Source: Candidatus Latescibacterota bacterium (GTDB taxonomy: Bacteria > Latescibacterota > UBA2968 > UBA8231). From it: a stretch of 64,000 nucleotides of DNA. A program made the translations under genes and the position numbers. Location: the NCBI GenBank assembly GCA_965208105.1, contig OZ242318.1, positions 2,464,001 to 2,528,000 on the forward strand, in the 5' to 3' direction. Shown piece by piece: positions 9,418 to 19,546 of this stretch. Every line of letters starts with the position of its first letter. The first letter of the stretch is position 1. Under the pieces are notes generated by a model. It saw nothing but the letters and a program-made list of their open reading frames with translations, did not search any database and had not been told where the DNA came from.

Positions 9418-10017
9418 TCATGCGCTGGGCTCCTTTTCGGCAATGAAGCGGATTACGGCTTCTTCCCCGGAGGATGCGCCGCCATCCGGCCCCAGGATTC
9501 TGTCCTCGTAAAAGAGCAGGCGCAGGCTGCGGATGCGCGGCAGGATGTCCTCGGGCTTTGCCAGGTGGCCGGGGTTGCGCGGTCCCCGGGGAAACGCAAG
9601 CTGGCCCTGGGAGAAGGTCTGGAACATGAACCGTCCGCCGGGGCGCAGCGCCGAGCCGATGCGCTCGAAAAGCTGCGGCTGGTAGTAGTAGAATTTCGTG
9701 ATCAGGTCGTACCTGTGCTCGCCCATGGGCCAATCCCCCAGGTCGGCCAGGATCGGCCTTAGGGTTACCCCTCGGGCCTCGGCCAGGAGCCGGCAAAGTC
9801 GGAGCCCCGCGGCGGAAATATCGACCGCATCCACCTGGAATCCCCGTTCGGCAAGATAAACCGCGTTGCGTCCATTGCCCGCCGCCAGGCACAGGGCGCG
9901 TCCCTCTGTCGAGAGGTCCAGATGATCTCTGAGGAACGGAATGGGCTCGAGGTGGGGATCGAAGGCCTGGGCGCCGTAGCGCCGGTCCCATTTTTCACGG
10001 GCTGCCTCGTCGGTCAT
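9418..10017 (-). CDS. Class I SAM-dependent methyltransferase (TehB-like)
   Basis: KWDRRY, ALCLAAGNGRNAVYLA, VDAVDIS, LRPGG; GGAGG RBS before ATG 10017. Confidence 0.85.
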   Translation of the reverse strand: MTDEAAREKWDRRYGAQAFDPHLEPIPFLRDHLDLSTEGRALCLAAGNGRNAVYLAERGFQVDAVDISAAGLRLCRLLAEARGVTLRPILADLGDWPMGEHRYDLITKFYYYQPQLFERIGSALRPGGRFMFQTFSQGQLAFPRGPRNPGHLAKPEDILPRIRSLRLLFYEDRILGPDGGASSGEEAVIRFIAEKEPSA

Positions 10018-10184
10018 GCCGCTGCCCTCCAGTTCGGGCATGATAGCACATGGACAGTCGGGATGCAAGGGTGAATGGCGGGCGGGCGCTGCACTCTTGC
10101 TCGCTCCGGATCCATGGCGTACCATGTGAGACGCAAATCGAATCGGGCCCTGCCATTCTCTTCGACCGCTTTGAAGACTGACTC

Positions 10185-11036
10185 GTGAGCCAGCCATCCC
10201 CCCTCATCTCCGCCCCGGACCTGTCCGCCCACCTGAACGAACCCGACTGGTGCATCCTCGACTGCCGCTTCGCCCTCGATGACCCCGGACAGGGCCGCCG
10301 CGACTACGCCGACGCCCACATCCCCAATGCCCTCTACGCCCACCTCGACGACGATCTCTCCGGACCGGTGGCCGCCGGCAGGACCGGGCGCCATCCGCTG
10401 CCCGCCCCTGCCAGCTTCGGCGCAACCCTTTCGCAATGGGGGATCGATTCGAAGGTGAATGTGGTGGCCTACGACTACGGAGATGCGACCATCGCGGCCC
10501 GGCTGTGGTGGATGCTGCGCTGGATGGGGCACGAGAAAGCCCTGGTGCTGGACGGCGGCTGGTCCGCCTGGCTGGCGATGGGCGGCGCCGTGACCGGCGA
10601 ACCGGGACGCCGCCGGGCGCGGTCCTGCCAGGTGCTTCCCAATCGCGCCATGGTGGCGACGAGCGCCGAGGTGGATGAAATCCGCGGACGCAGCGACTGG
10701 CTGCTGATCGACTCCCGCACCGAGGAGCGCTTCCGCGGCGAATCAGAGCCCATCGACCCCGTCGCCGGCCACATACCCGGCGCCGTCAACGCCCCGTTCA
10801 CGGCCAACCTCGGCAGCGACGGCCGCCTGCTGCCCGCTGCAGGGCTCAGGTCCCGTTTCTCCGGAATTCTCGGAGAGACCGCGCCCGACAGGGCCGTGTT
10901 CTATTGTGGATCCGGAGTGACGGCCGCCCACCAGCTTCTGGCCCTGGCGGTTGCCGGCGTGGAGGGGGCGCGTCTGTACGCGGGGTCCTGGAGCGAGTGG
11001 ATCGCCGATCCCCGGCGGCCCGTTGCCGGTCCGTAG
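10185..11036 (+). CDS. sseA: Tandem-domain rhodanese / 3-mercaptopyruvate sulfurtransferase
   Basis: HIPNA, GRHPLP, ARLWW, LDGG, GHIPGA, active-site YCGSGVTA, LYAGSWSEW. Confidence 0.9.
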   Translation: MSQPSPLISAPDLSAHLNEPDWCILDCRFALDDPGQGRRDYADAHIPNALYAHLDDDLSGPVAAGRTGRHPLPAPASFGATLSQWGIDSKVNVVAYDYGDATIAARLWWMLRWMGHEKALVLDGGWSAWLAMGGAVTGEPGRRRARSCQVLPNRAMVATSAEVDEIRGRSDWLLIDSRTEERFRGESEPIDPVAGHIPGAVNAPFTANLGSDGRLLPAAGLRSRFSGILGETAPDRAVFYCGSGVTAAHQLLALAVAGVEGARLYAGSWSEWIADPRRPVAGP

Positions 11037-11322
11037 CGATGATGCTGTGGCTGGAAGGACCAAGGTGCCTGGTCTTTGGATACTTTCAATGGCGCAAACT
11101 CCAGGCCGCGGATATCAAGTCAAGCCCAACTACAAATCTTCCCTGGAGTTTCCCCGGTTCGGGGGATAAATCTGGACTTGAAACTTCAAGAAGTACGTAG
11201 CCATTCCATACGTCTTCGATATACAATACACTCTCGAAGTGATTTCAAGATGAGGATCTCTCCATTTTTGGTGAAATTTTGGTGGAATCTATTCCTTCCT
11301 TTGAATTTCGCAAAAAAAGAAC

Positions 11323-11351
11323 TTGACCATTCCATTTTAGTAATCTAACTT
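11323..11351 (+). promoter_or_regulatory. Sigma70-like promoter (sense)
   Basis: TTGACC-17 nt-TAACTT preceded by an A-tract. Confidence 0.55.
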
Positions 11352-11356
11352 CGGTA

Positions 11357-11434
11357 CAAATAAAGGGCGGGGCGCCTTCCACGCGCCACCGCCCCAATAC
11401 TTAACCCTTTCGCAGGAGGGTTAAGTATGTATTC
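11357..11434 (-). ncRNA. Candidate ~80-nt cis-antisense sRNA (two hairpins, intrinsic terminator)
   Basis: Lies downstream of a minus-strand TTGACT-17-TAACTT promoter. Has a 12-bp hairpin ATACTTAACCCT/AGGGTTAAGTAT, then a GC-rich hairpin followed by TTTATTT. Its loop (CCTCCT) is complementary to an AGGAGG RBS on the plus strand. Confidence 0.5.
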
Positions 11435-11534
11435 TTTTCAAGTTACAACATCCTCGGGCAGAAGTCAAGCCCAAATTCCTTCCTCCTTCTTTTTATCTCA
11501 AACCACCTTCAGGGTACTTAGCGAGTTGGAATGA
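11427..11534 (+). CDS. 35-aa ORF or truncated gene start under antisense control
   Basis: AGGAGG-7 nt-ATG; MYSFQVTTSSGRSQAQIPSSFFLSQTTFRVLSELE*. The RBS and ATG lie in a hairpin. Confidence 0.3.
   Translation: MYSFQVTTSSGRSQAQIPSSFFLSQTTFRVLSELE
11440..11468 (-). promoter_or_regulatory. Sigma70-like promoter (antisense)
   Basis: Minus strand TTGACT (11468-11463)-17 nt-TAACTT (11445-11440). Confidence 0.55.
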
Positions 11535-11650
11535 CATGGCCAGGCGGGAGACCCACCCCGTCGCGGTCGTGAGGAATCCCGCCCGGCTTCTGTAGGGTTG
11601 AAGGATAAAGGGGAAACCTGTCATTTCATTTCAAAAAGAAGGGACCTATC

Positions 11651-12215
11651 GTGAAAAGCATAAAGAACCACCTGCCCAGAGAATGGGTAGGAATCAGCGT
11701 AATCCTGTGCTTTCTCGCCATTCTGTGTATGACTCTAAGCGTTCTCAATATCTGGGGATGAAGCGAAGACTATCCGTCCAGGGAACGCTGCTGGGATCCA
11801 GAATCTTCAAGGAAAAGCCCGTGGCCAAATCCATAGCCGGTCGTCCAATCTTCTCAATGGAATGGACGAGCAGGGACTTATGGCCGCCATTGGCAGCGCC
11901 GGGAACATGAAAAAGTACCCACAAGTGGCTGCTTTGGTGAGCAACGGCTACATCCGCTTGAAACTATTTTGATGAGGTGGCGCAGTTATGCAGTTAGAAC
12001 AACAAGACGGCGGAGTTGGGGAGATTCTTATCAGGCTCTCAGGAGTTGCCAACAAGCTGACCCTCCATTCAAGCACAGGATTGAAGCTATCGACATTGGA
12101 GGGCTGCTTCCTGAGAAATTCAAGGGGGACACTTTCCACATGGAAGCCCTCCTGCAAGTATCTGGGTCTTTCTACAGTCTCCAGAAATCGCAGGGCAAAT
12201 GGATGCAACGCCTAA
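11651..12215 (+). pseudogene. Probable decayed membrane-anchored protein gene
   Basis: GTG start with a TM segment (WVGISVILCFLAILCMTLSVLNIWG), then protein-like frames broken by frameshifts and stops. Confidence 0.3.
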
Positions 12216-12270
12216 CAGAGAGATCACAAATTTTATCAACAAAAGTAAAAATTTTAAGATGTTGTATTTT

Positions 12271-12801
12271 ATGAAGTTTATCAAGAAAATTTGTATTCAC
12301 TGCCTGGGTTGCCTGGTCATTGGTTTGATAGTGATCCTTAACCTCTCCTGTTCGCCTCCCAGTACCAGGCAATCGGCGCCGGAGTTCGTCTTTAAGAATC
12401 TGAATGGCGAGCCAATTTCGCTGAATTCGCAACGCGGAAGGATTGTGCTGCTCAATTTTTGGGCTACCTGGTGTTCTCCATGCAGACAGGAACTGCCAAT
12501 ACTTATTGACATTTTTAACAAATTCTCCGGAAAAAACTTCAACGTGTTGGGGGTGACGCTAAACTCCGGTGAACTTGCGATAGACCTTTGGATTGAAAAC
12601 TTCAAGGTCCCCTATCCCATTCTGGTGGCCAATGACACTGATAAAGAAATCCTGGACCAGTATGGTGTGGATAAGGGGATCCCAAGATCCGTTCTCATCG
12701 ATCGCGAGGGGTATATACACAAAACATACCGAGGGCTCATCGAGCTCGATGAATTTGAGAAGGACATCGACAACCTCCTGACCATGGAAAAGAAAATTTG
12801 A
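12271..12801 (+). CDS. TlpA/ResA-family thiol-disulfide oxidoreductase
   Basis: N-terminal hydrophobic anchor, APEF, LNFWATWCSPCRQELP, GIPRSVLIDREG. Start could be 12199, 12259 or 12271. Confidence 0.9.
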   Translation: MKFIKKICIHCLGCLVIGLIVILNLSCSPPSTRQSAPEFVFKNLNGEPISLNSQRGRIVLLNFWATWCSPCRQELPILIDIFNKFSGKNFNVLGVTLNSGELAIDLWIENFKVPYPILVANDTDKEILDQYGVDKGIPRSVLIDREGYIHKTYRGLIELDEFEKDIDNLLTMEKKI

Positions 12802-12809
12802 GTCCGCCG

Positions 12810-15614
12810 ATGCGAATTTTACTCCAACCTGCTCTCCACGTGCTTGGATGCATCATGCTCGCCGGTTGTACACCCGAACCCAAATTGGATAATGTGCGTC
12901 TCAGCTATTCGGTTCGGTTGGGTCCGGCTGGTTCCGATACGGTCTCGGTCGCCCTGAGCACCAGTGGTTTAAAAAACGAAAGCGTTCTTTTGAGGAGTTA
13001 TGAACCTCGGAATTTCATGCGTCTTTCAGGTCTTGAAGTTTTCGACTCCGATGGGAGTCGGATTCTCCATGAAACCATCGAGACTTATCCCGGCGGCTCC
13101 AAAGAGCCTCTGCTGCACTACCGCCTTACTCCGCCAGATCACAAAGAGACAAGGGTAGTCTATCGGGTGCGACCAGGCATGCAGATCGGGATGAAGCACG
13201 GCAGACATCCTACCCATGTCAGTGGCTACCTTGGCGAAGATTTCGGGCTGATATCTGGACGCAACCTCTTTCTTGTCCCGGATGCCCCTCTCGGTTTCGT
13301 GGAAGTCGAGGTCACAGCCCCATCCTCTTGGAGGGTAGTCAGCACCTGGCCGCAAATCTCGGAGACCAGCGAAGGTAATGCAGTTTTCCAGCCCCGTATC
13401 TTCGAAACACGAAAGCCAGAGGATCTGGTCAACGGCCTGCTTGGCCTTGGAAAGCTCGTCACCTATGAAGAAGAGGTTGAGGGCGCGACAATATCCGTTT
13501 CGGTTTACGAACGATGGCCGGAGCATTTCAGGCTGCACTTGGCTCGAAGTGGTTTCGCACTTTACCGCAATATTGCGACCATTTTCGATTCCCAGATCAA
13601 AGATCCCTACAACTTGATTTTTACCCCCAAGGGACCAGGAGTCCCCAGCATTGCGGTTGCTGCAACCGGTCATGGAAATGGCCGGGAAATGTGGCCGGCA
13701 TCGAAAGGCCGCTGGATCTCAGCAGCTGAAGAAATGGCCTATCGCTGGCTCCGCTATCTTCCCCACAGGATGGAGTTCAAGGTTGCAGATGATATGTGGT
13801 TCATCGACGGCACCGCCATGTATCTTGCTCTCCAAGCCTGTGAGGACGCAGGGATCATTGACGGCATCCGTCCGTACCTGGCAGAATCTTACCGTTCGTA
13901 CAACAGCAAGCGGTTGCGTTCGTTCACCGAGGATAAAACACCGGTTCCAGCGCGTCTCTACGACCAACCGGACCGGATCACCAAAGACCGAGGCCGGCGA
14001 ATTGGTCCTGCTCTGGCGCACCATTTAGATATGCTGATTCAAAGCCATTCGAATCGAAAATTCGATCTGACTACTGTCCTGAAACACGCAATGAAGAAAA
14101 GAGACAACTTATCCTTGCGTAATCTGGTTGCCGACGCGACGGGATTCGACCCGGAGGGCTTCTTCGAGCGGCATATCCACCCTCAGACCATGCCTATTAT
14201 CCCGTTGCATTTCACAAGTTCAAGCCTCCCGCTTGAGCCTGTGGTCCCACGTCTACCTCTATTTCGTTCGGGGAATGCAGCCGTGGTGGATACCATTTCT
14301 CTGGTCCTTACCGGCAAGACACAAGGTTATCTCGAGGCGTGCGGCTGCAAATTCAACATGTCGGGAGGTATCACGCGCCGTGCCCGACTAATCAGCCAGA
14401 TCCGGGAACGACGCCCCAATGTACTGGTACTCGACGCGGGCAATGCTTTCCCGACGGAGCAGGATGTTCCCTACATGGACAACCTGACATCAGCCGAGAT
14501 AGATGCTTACCTGGAGGCCATGAGATTAATGGGCTATCGCTTCGCCGCGATCAACGAGTACGAGCTGTACTATGGTGGCGAATTTCTGAAATCCAAGGTT
14601 GAGAGCACCGGATTCCCCTTTCTCGGCGCCAACGTATTCCACGGTGGGAAGCTTATAGCCGCTCCTGCGGTCTCGGTCCGGGTAGCCGGTTATCGCATCG
14701 GCTTTGTCGGTATCCTGGAAACCCAGGCCCGGTTCGAGCCTGGCCGCTTCGGAGACAATACCTCGGATATTGTCGTTGGGGATCCGATAACCGCAGTGCG
14801 ACAGTATCTCCCCGGGATCACCGAACGCAACGACTACGTGGGTGTCATCGGTGGTTTCAGCAAAGACCTGGTCTACAAACTGGTTCAGGAATTTCCCGAA
14901 CTCGACCTGGTTATCAATACCGGTCCGCACTTCAATATCACCGAAGACATCCTGAACGGAAGAGTAGTCCTCAAAAAGGATGTCCTCTATGGTTTTCTGC
15001 AAAACACGTTGGTGCTATACGCCGAAGGGGGGGTTTACGGTCTGCATCATGTCGACATCGGAGTCGACCAAAATGGACAACTTGGAAAAGTTGACATCAA
15101 CTATTTCGAAGTGGAGCGGCGAATCGAAGAAGACGAAGAAATGCGAGTTTTCCTGAACCGATTTTATTCAGACATGGCGAGTCGGGAGAGTCTGGTTTCC
15201 GGTCAGGTGGAACCCCTCTTCCGGTGGGATGACGTTCACGACCGCGGGTCCTACGTAGGCACGAATAAATGCGCGACGTGCCACGTTGGCCAACACCGGC
15301 AATGGTCGGCGACAGGCCATTCCACCGCCTACAAAACCCTGCTGGCCGTGCATCGCCAGTATGCTCCCAAGTGCGTCAAATGCCACGTGGTTGGCCTCGG
15401 CCGGTTATCGGGATTTGACATTTTGGAACCGAGCATGGATCTGGCCAACGTGCAGTGCGAGGTCTGCCATGGACCGGGCGAGCATCATGCACAAAGCCCG
15501 TCCAGCGCCAATATCAGGCGCAGTCCGAGTGAAGAGACCTGTACTGAGTGTCACAACCCTGAGCACGACGATGATTTCGACTATCTTCGAGATTGGAAGA
15601 TAGTGAGCCACTGA
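12810..15614 (+). CDS. Lipoprotein fusion: degenerate M61/M1-like peptidase + UshA-like metallophosphoesterase (CGC motif) + tetraheme cytochrome c (c554-like)
   Basis: LAGC lipobox; AAEEMAYRW...WFIDG; GYLEACGC...GGITRR...LVLDAGN...PFLGANV; four CxxCH motifs (CATCH, CVKCH, CEVCH, CTECH). Confidence 0.8.
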   Translation: MRILLQPALHVLGCIMLAGCTPEPKLDNVRLSYSVRLGPAGSDTVSVALSTSGLKNESVLLRSYEPRNFMRLSGLEVFDSDGSRILHETIETYPGGSKEPLLHYRLTPPDHKETRVVYRVRPGMQIGMKHGRHPTHVSGYLGEDFGLISGRNLFLVPDAPLGFVEVEVTAPSSWRVVSTWPQISETSEGNAVFQPRIFETRKPEDLVNGLLGLGKLVTYEEEVEGATISVSVYERWPEHFRLHLARSGFALYRNIATIFDSQIKDPYNLIFTPKGPGVPSIAVAATGHGNGREMWPASKGRWISAAEEMAYRWLRYLPHRMEFKVADDMWFIDGTAMYLALQACEDAGIIDGIRPYLAESYRSYNSKRLRSFTEDKTPVPARLYDQPDRITKDRGRRIGPALAHHLDMLIQSHSNRKFDLTTVLKHAMKKRDNLSLRNLVADATGFDPEGFFERHIHPQTMPIIPLHFTSSSLPLEPVVPRLPLFRSGNAAVVDTISLVLTGKTQGYLEACGCKFNMSGGITRRARLISQIRERRPNVLVLDAGNAFPTEQDVPYMDNLTSAEIDAYLEAMRLMGYRFAAINEYELYYGGEFLKSKVESTGFPFLGANVFHGGKLIAAPAVSVRVAGYRIGFVGILETQARFEPGRFGDNTSDIVVGDPITAVRQYLPGITERNDYVGVIGGFSKDLVYKLVQEFPELDLVINTGPHFNITEDILNGRVVLKKDVLYGFLQNTLVLYAEGGVYGLHHVDIGVDQNGQLGKVDINYFEVERRIEEDEEMRVFLNRFYSDMASRESLVSGQVEPLFRWDDVHDRGSYVGTNKCATCHVGQHRQWSATGHSTAYKTLLAVHRQYAPKCVKCHVVGLGRLSGFDILEPSMDLANVQCEVCHGPGEHHAQSPSSANIRRSPSEETCTECHNPEHDDDFDYLRDWKIVSH

Positions 15615-15716
15615 AATCGCGGCGGAGAAAGGAGACCATTTTATTGGCTTCAAAGCAGATCTGCCCATGTCGATCGGTAGGACGGTTAGCTCACACCTAA
15701 ATTCGGAGGAAGAATC

Positions 15717-15947
15717 ATGTCGCGTCGACTCAAGATAATTGCAGCTACCATGCTCGTTTTGGGACTGACCTACTTCATTCCTGCCACCAATCAACCAAAC
15801 AGCACCTACTCCGTGCTCGACCCAGTCTTGGTTGAACGGGCTGAAGCAGGTTATTGGAAAACGAACTATGTCTGCGTAAGTGGGGAGTATTGCGAGAGCA
15901 GTCCAGGTGAGTTCTGCTATTATATCGATCCGCTGCATTGCTACTAA
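15717..15947 (+). CDS. Cys-rich secreted peptide / RiPP-like precursor A
   Basis: GGAGG RBS; 45-aa leader ending ERAEAG; core YWKTNYVCVSGEYCESSPGEFCYYIDPLHCY; paralog at 19547. Confidence 0.85.
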   Translation: MSRRLKIIAATMLVLGLTYFIPATNQPNSTYSVLDPVLVERAEAGYWKTNYVCVSGEYCESSPGEFCYYIDPLHCY

Positions 15948-16019
15948 AGGCAAACAACTCACTTGAGGAAAGCTGTGGTGGTTTCTCCAGGTGAACGGCG
16001 GGTCGATCAGAGCACAATC

Positions 16020-16056
16020 GAGGGTCGGCAGCATGGCTGCCGACCCTCCTATTCTT
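16020..16056 (+). terminator. Hairpin (terminator or mRNA stabiliser) between peptide A and OM protein A
   Basis: GAGGGTCGGCAGC/GCTGCCGACCCTC stem followed by CTATTCTTT; conserved in unit 2. Confidence 0.55.
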
Positions 16057-16103
16057 TGTCCAATGGTTGCACTTATTACCAACAAGAAAAAAGTTGTACA
16101 AGG

Positions 16104-19040
16104 ATGAATTCCACAACCTGCTTGCGGATTTCTCTTTTCCTTCTAGTTATGAGTACCATGTTGGTCGAGGCTATTCCACCTCAGCGCGTAAGACTACCGG
16201 AGGTGACTCCTGGGCAATTCTACCTCAGAGCATCCCTGCCATCCTACCGCAACTTCGCATTTCAGCCCTACACCAACTACCCAGGGCACACAGCCTCTCG
16301 CTCTTCCGGGGTTCCGTATTCCGACTCGCCACGAGCCCTTTTCAACTCCATGGGAGATTATCTCGCCACAGGGTACGATCTCTACGACTGGAACGAGAAG
16401 CGCAATTCGGAAGCATCGTCCAAAAATGGTCAAATCTTTGGTAGCTCCATCTATAAAAACTCCAGGGATTTTACCTGGGCCTTTGGTGACCTTGTCGTGG
16501 CTCGAGACAGTCAGGGTTCGTGGGGATATAGTGCGATCGTGGGGGATGGCCTGATCGCGCGGTTTACCCCGCTCACTTTGTCCAGGGTCGATTTTGATGG
16601 GGTACGATTGGATCTGACCACCCCTTCGCTGCATGCCACCTTGCTGGGTTCTCGCCCGGAGCGTCCGGGAAATAGCAAGGCCATTGCCAAATGGATCGTT
16701 GAAAATACCGAGTATGCGGATGATTCTCCGCTGCTCCTGGGCGGCCGCTTGCAGGGAAACCTCGGCAGGTTGCAACTAGGAATGACCGGGGTCAACCTGC
16801 ACATGTTCCGCAGCACGGCGAGCGACAACACCCTGAAGGGCGTACTGCGCCCCAGCCAGCCTCTCATCGCATGGGTTCTCTTTCGTTTCACCGACGATTC
16901 TCCCACAGACGGTCGCGGAGGAGCCGTGGTCCAGGACCCCGTGCTCATTGTCAACGGCGTGTCCAGGTCCGACCTCCAGGCGCAGGTGATTCGCCATCGG
17001 GCAGGTACCCCATCACAGGTTGGAACCGTCTCTCAAGCTACCGGTGAATTCCGCCCTACTCCCTACTACGTTTTTCGCAGCAGTGTCGGTGGTTTTGAGT
17101 ACGCTCGTTTTTTCCGGAACCGGGAAATTCCTTTGTACGCCGACTATCTCTACCTCATCGACCACGATCGCGGGAAGGACGTGAGCAAGGATACCAACCT
17201 GGAGGAGTTGCTCAATCTGTTTAAGGTAGAGAAACCCAGCCGGATCCTGCATGCCAACGGTGACGACCAGCTTATCTACCTATTCGACGTTTCCCAAGAG
17301 CCCTACATCGAATCGGTGAAACTGGAGGTTGTTCTGTCCAACGACTACAAAGTCGACGTGGCTACCCTGATAGACGAGGACCTCCGCGCGCCCAAGCGCC
17401 ACGCCCAGTTCAAGACAACCTATTACCACACGACATTGCGGGCTAAGGGCAACGTCCAGGACCGCTCCAACCTTCAACGGGTGAAACTGCATGTCGGAGA
17501 GAACACTGCCCTGTTCACCTACAGCGCCGATGCTCATCTAAGCCTTGTGGGTATGGACGTGCATGGAGAAGTGGCTCGATCACGGCGCTACTCCCGCTAC
17601 CCGGCCGAAGCCGCAGAGACACCTGTTTTTGAAAGGGGTGCTCGCTCCAACGATAGGGGAACGGCCTTCTACATTAATGCCATTGGCAAACTGAGCCGAG
17701 GCCGCTTGGGGCTGGAGTACTTCTCTATGCAGCCGGATTTCACCACCGAGGTTCGCTACCATCTTCCCGCCGATGCGGACCATACTCAACGCCATCTTCG
17801 CGGTGTGAGGAACCGCACCATGTACTGGAAACTCGTGCAGGACAACGATGACGGCGACCGATTCGCCGATACGCGCGTAGGCCAACCTCTGAGGAATATC
17901 CCCGATGGTTCGACCACCGACCCCGACGGGGTTTTCCCCGGCCGCGACGAGGACCGAGACGGGATTCCTGACACCAATCGCAACTTCAACGGTATTCCCG
18001 ACTACGAGGAACCATTCCTTATCTTCGACGTGGAACCCAACGAGTATGTTTATGGATTGGACCGCAACCATAACGACGAGCCGGATGTCCGCGAAGACGA
18101 TCTCCATCCCGACTATCCCTACTACCCCGACCAGAAAGGATATCACCTTTTCCTGCAGCTCGGACCGAGGTCCGGGTGGTCGGCGGGCATCGGCCGCTAT
18201 GCGGTGGAGGAAATCGCCGGTGGCGGGCGCAATCGCTCCACCTATGCCCTGCTAGCCTTCCGCGCCAGGGGTACCAAGGAGCACTGGCGACTCTTTCTTG
18301 AAAACCACCTGCGGCGGGTTGAAGACGATATTGCCGATGAGTTCGGCGTTCAAGTGGAGCAACCCCAGACCGGCCTCGAAGAGATCCCCCTGGTCTTCGT
18401 AAGCCAGATCCAGCCCGACCCCCTGTTCTATCGGGACAGTTACGTCAACGAGACCTATCTCGAAGCGGAGCTGCAGCCGTGGTCCGCCCTGCGGTGGGTG
18501 AACAAGTGGCGGCTACGGCTCAACTGGCAACAGGGTGGAAACCGACAGCGCGCCAGAAGGCTGGACTACTGGACCCTGGTCCAGCGCGCCGAGTATTCTG
18601 CAACTTGGGGAAAGTTAAAGGTACGGCCGCAGTGCAAAGTCTTGCTCCTGCATCACGTGGACCAGGATGCGGACCGCCTGATTACCGGTGCCTATGCCCG
18701 TCGCACCTTGCGCTCAGAACTCAGCCTCATCCCCATTTTGCGCATCGAGTATCCCATTCTCCGGCGCACCACCTTGAGGATCGGGGTGCAAGGTTGGGGG
18801 CCGCTTCCCTACCAAAGGCATGACCGGGTACGGGAGCGCAACAATCTCGAGCGCCGCACCGCCTTTGCCACCCTTGCCAACCGCTCCGTCTACCGCGGAT
18901 ACGATCTTCACACCATCATCGGTCTCAAAGGGGACAGCATGGACTACAACAACCGGTTGCGGCGGGGAGAGGAGTACGATACCTGGTCGTTCTTTGTGCG
19001 TGTCTTGACCGGATTCACCGAGTTCGGACCACTCATATAG
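16104..19040 (+). CDS. Large secreted/outer-membrane protein A with acidic Ca-binding-like repeats (uncharacterised family)
   Basis: Signal peptide (..VEA-IPP); DNDDGD/DEDRDGIPD/NFNGIPD/DRNHNDEPD repeats; amphipathic beta-strand C-terminal half ending FFVRVLTGFTEFGPLI. Confidence 0.8.
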   Translation: MNSTTCLRISLFLLVMSTMLVEAIPPQRVRLPEVTPGQFYLRASLPSYRNFAFQPYTNYPGHTASRSSGVPYSDSPRALFNSMGDYLATGYDLYDWNEKRNSEASSKNGQIFGSSIYKNSRDFTWAFGDLVVARDSQGSWGYSAIVGDGLIARFTPLTLSRVDFDGVRLDLTTPSLHATLLGSRPERPGNSKAIAKWIVENTEYADDSPLLLGGRLQGNLGRLQLGMTGVNLHMFRSTASDNTLKGVLRPSQPLIAWVLFRFTDDSPTDGRGGAVVQDPVLIVNGVSRSDLQAQVIRHRAGTPSQVGTVSQATGEFRPTPYYVFRSSVGGFEYARFFRNREIPLYADYLYLIDHDRGKDVSKDTNLEELLNLFKVEKPSRILHANGDDQLIYLFDVSQEPYIESVKLEVVLSNDYKVDVATLIDEDLRAPKRHAQFKTTYYHTTLRAKGNVQDRSNLQRVKLHVGENTALFTYSADAHLSLVGMDVHGEVARSRRYSRYPAEAAETPVFERGARSNDRGTAFYINAIGKLSRGRLGLEYFSMQPDFTTEVRYHLPADADHTQRHLRGVRNRTMYWKLVQDNDDGDRFADTRVGQPLRNIPDGSTTDPDGVFPGRDEDRDGIPDTNRNFNGIPDYEEPFLIFDVEPNEYVYGLDRNHNDEPDVREDDLHPDYPYYPDQKGYHLFLQLGPRSGWSAGIGRYAVEEIAGGGRNRSTYALLAFRARGTKEHWRLFLENHLRRVEDDIADEFGVQVEQPQTGLEEIPLVFVSQIQPDPLFYRDSYVNETYLEAELQPWSALRWVNKWRLRLNWQQGGNRQRARRLDYWTLVQRAEYSATWGKLKVRPQCKVLLLHHVDQDADRLITGAYARRTLRSELSLIPILRIEYPILRRTTLRIGVQGWGPLPYQRHDRVRERNNLERRTAFATLANRSVYRGYDLHTIIGLKGDSMDYNNRLRRGEEYDTWSFFVRVLTGFTEFGPLI

Positions 19041-19365
19041 TGGATTCAGCCGCTGCTTTTGCCAGGATGTCGCGCTCGGTGTGCAACTGCTTGATCTGGC
19101 GACGTAAGCGTCGTATTTCGGCGCGTTCGGAGGTGGTCAAGCCATCGTGGCGCCGGCCGCTGTCGAGGTCGGCCTGTTTTACCCAGGTGTGGATCGTCTG
19201 AGCGGAGGGCCCGAACTCTTTGGCCAAGGAGCCTGGCGAGCGTCCGGAGCGGACCAGATCGACCATCTGCTGGCGAAATTCGGGGGGATAGGGAATACGT
19301 GATTTAGGCATGGGGGGCTCCTTTTCATCAAGTGATAAGGTACCCGCCAAACCGGGTCAACTCCA
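19033..19365 (-). mobile_element. IS3-family remnant: left end and orfA only (orfA 19033..19311)
   Basis: End starts TGGAGTTGACCCGGTTT; orfA MPKSRIPYPPEFRQQMV...ERDILAKAAA is cut at the orfA/orfB junction; no orfB. Confidence 0.85.
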
Positions 19366-19546
19366 GACCTGTACTGAGAGTCACAACCCTGAGCACGACG
19401 ATGATTTCGACTATCTGCGGAATTGGAAGATAGTGAGCCACTGAAACCGCGGCGGAGAAAGGAGACCATTTTATTGGCTTCAAAGCAGATCTGCCCATGC
19501 TATCTACAGCACTGTTAACCCACCACGAAAATGGGAGGGAAAAACC

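Larger units (their letters stand above)
15536..19365. repeat. Tandem duplication unit 1 (cytochrome 3' end - peptide - large OM protein - IS3 remnant)
   Basis: Collinear with 19366-23312; the first ~130 bp and the IS3 remnant are nearly identical. Confidence 0.9.

Noticed and set aside
11117-11474. 13-bp repeat AAGTCAAGCCCAA at 11117 and 11462
   Set aside because: Single short match with no element boundaries; may be chance.
14330-14350. Selenocysteine in the UshA-like CGC motif
   Set aside because: The codons are TGC GGC TGC; there is no in-frame TGA.
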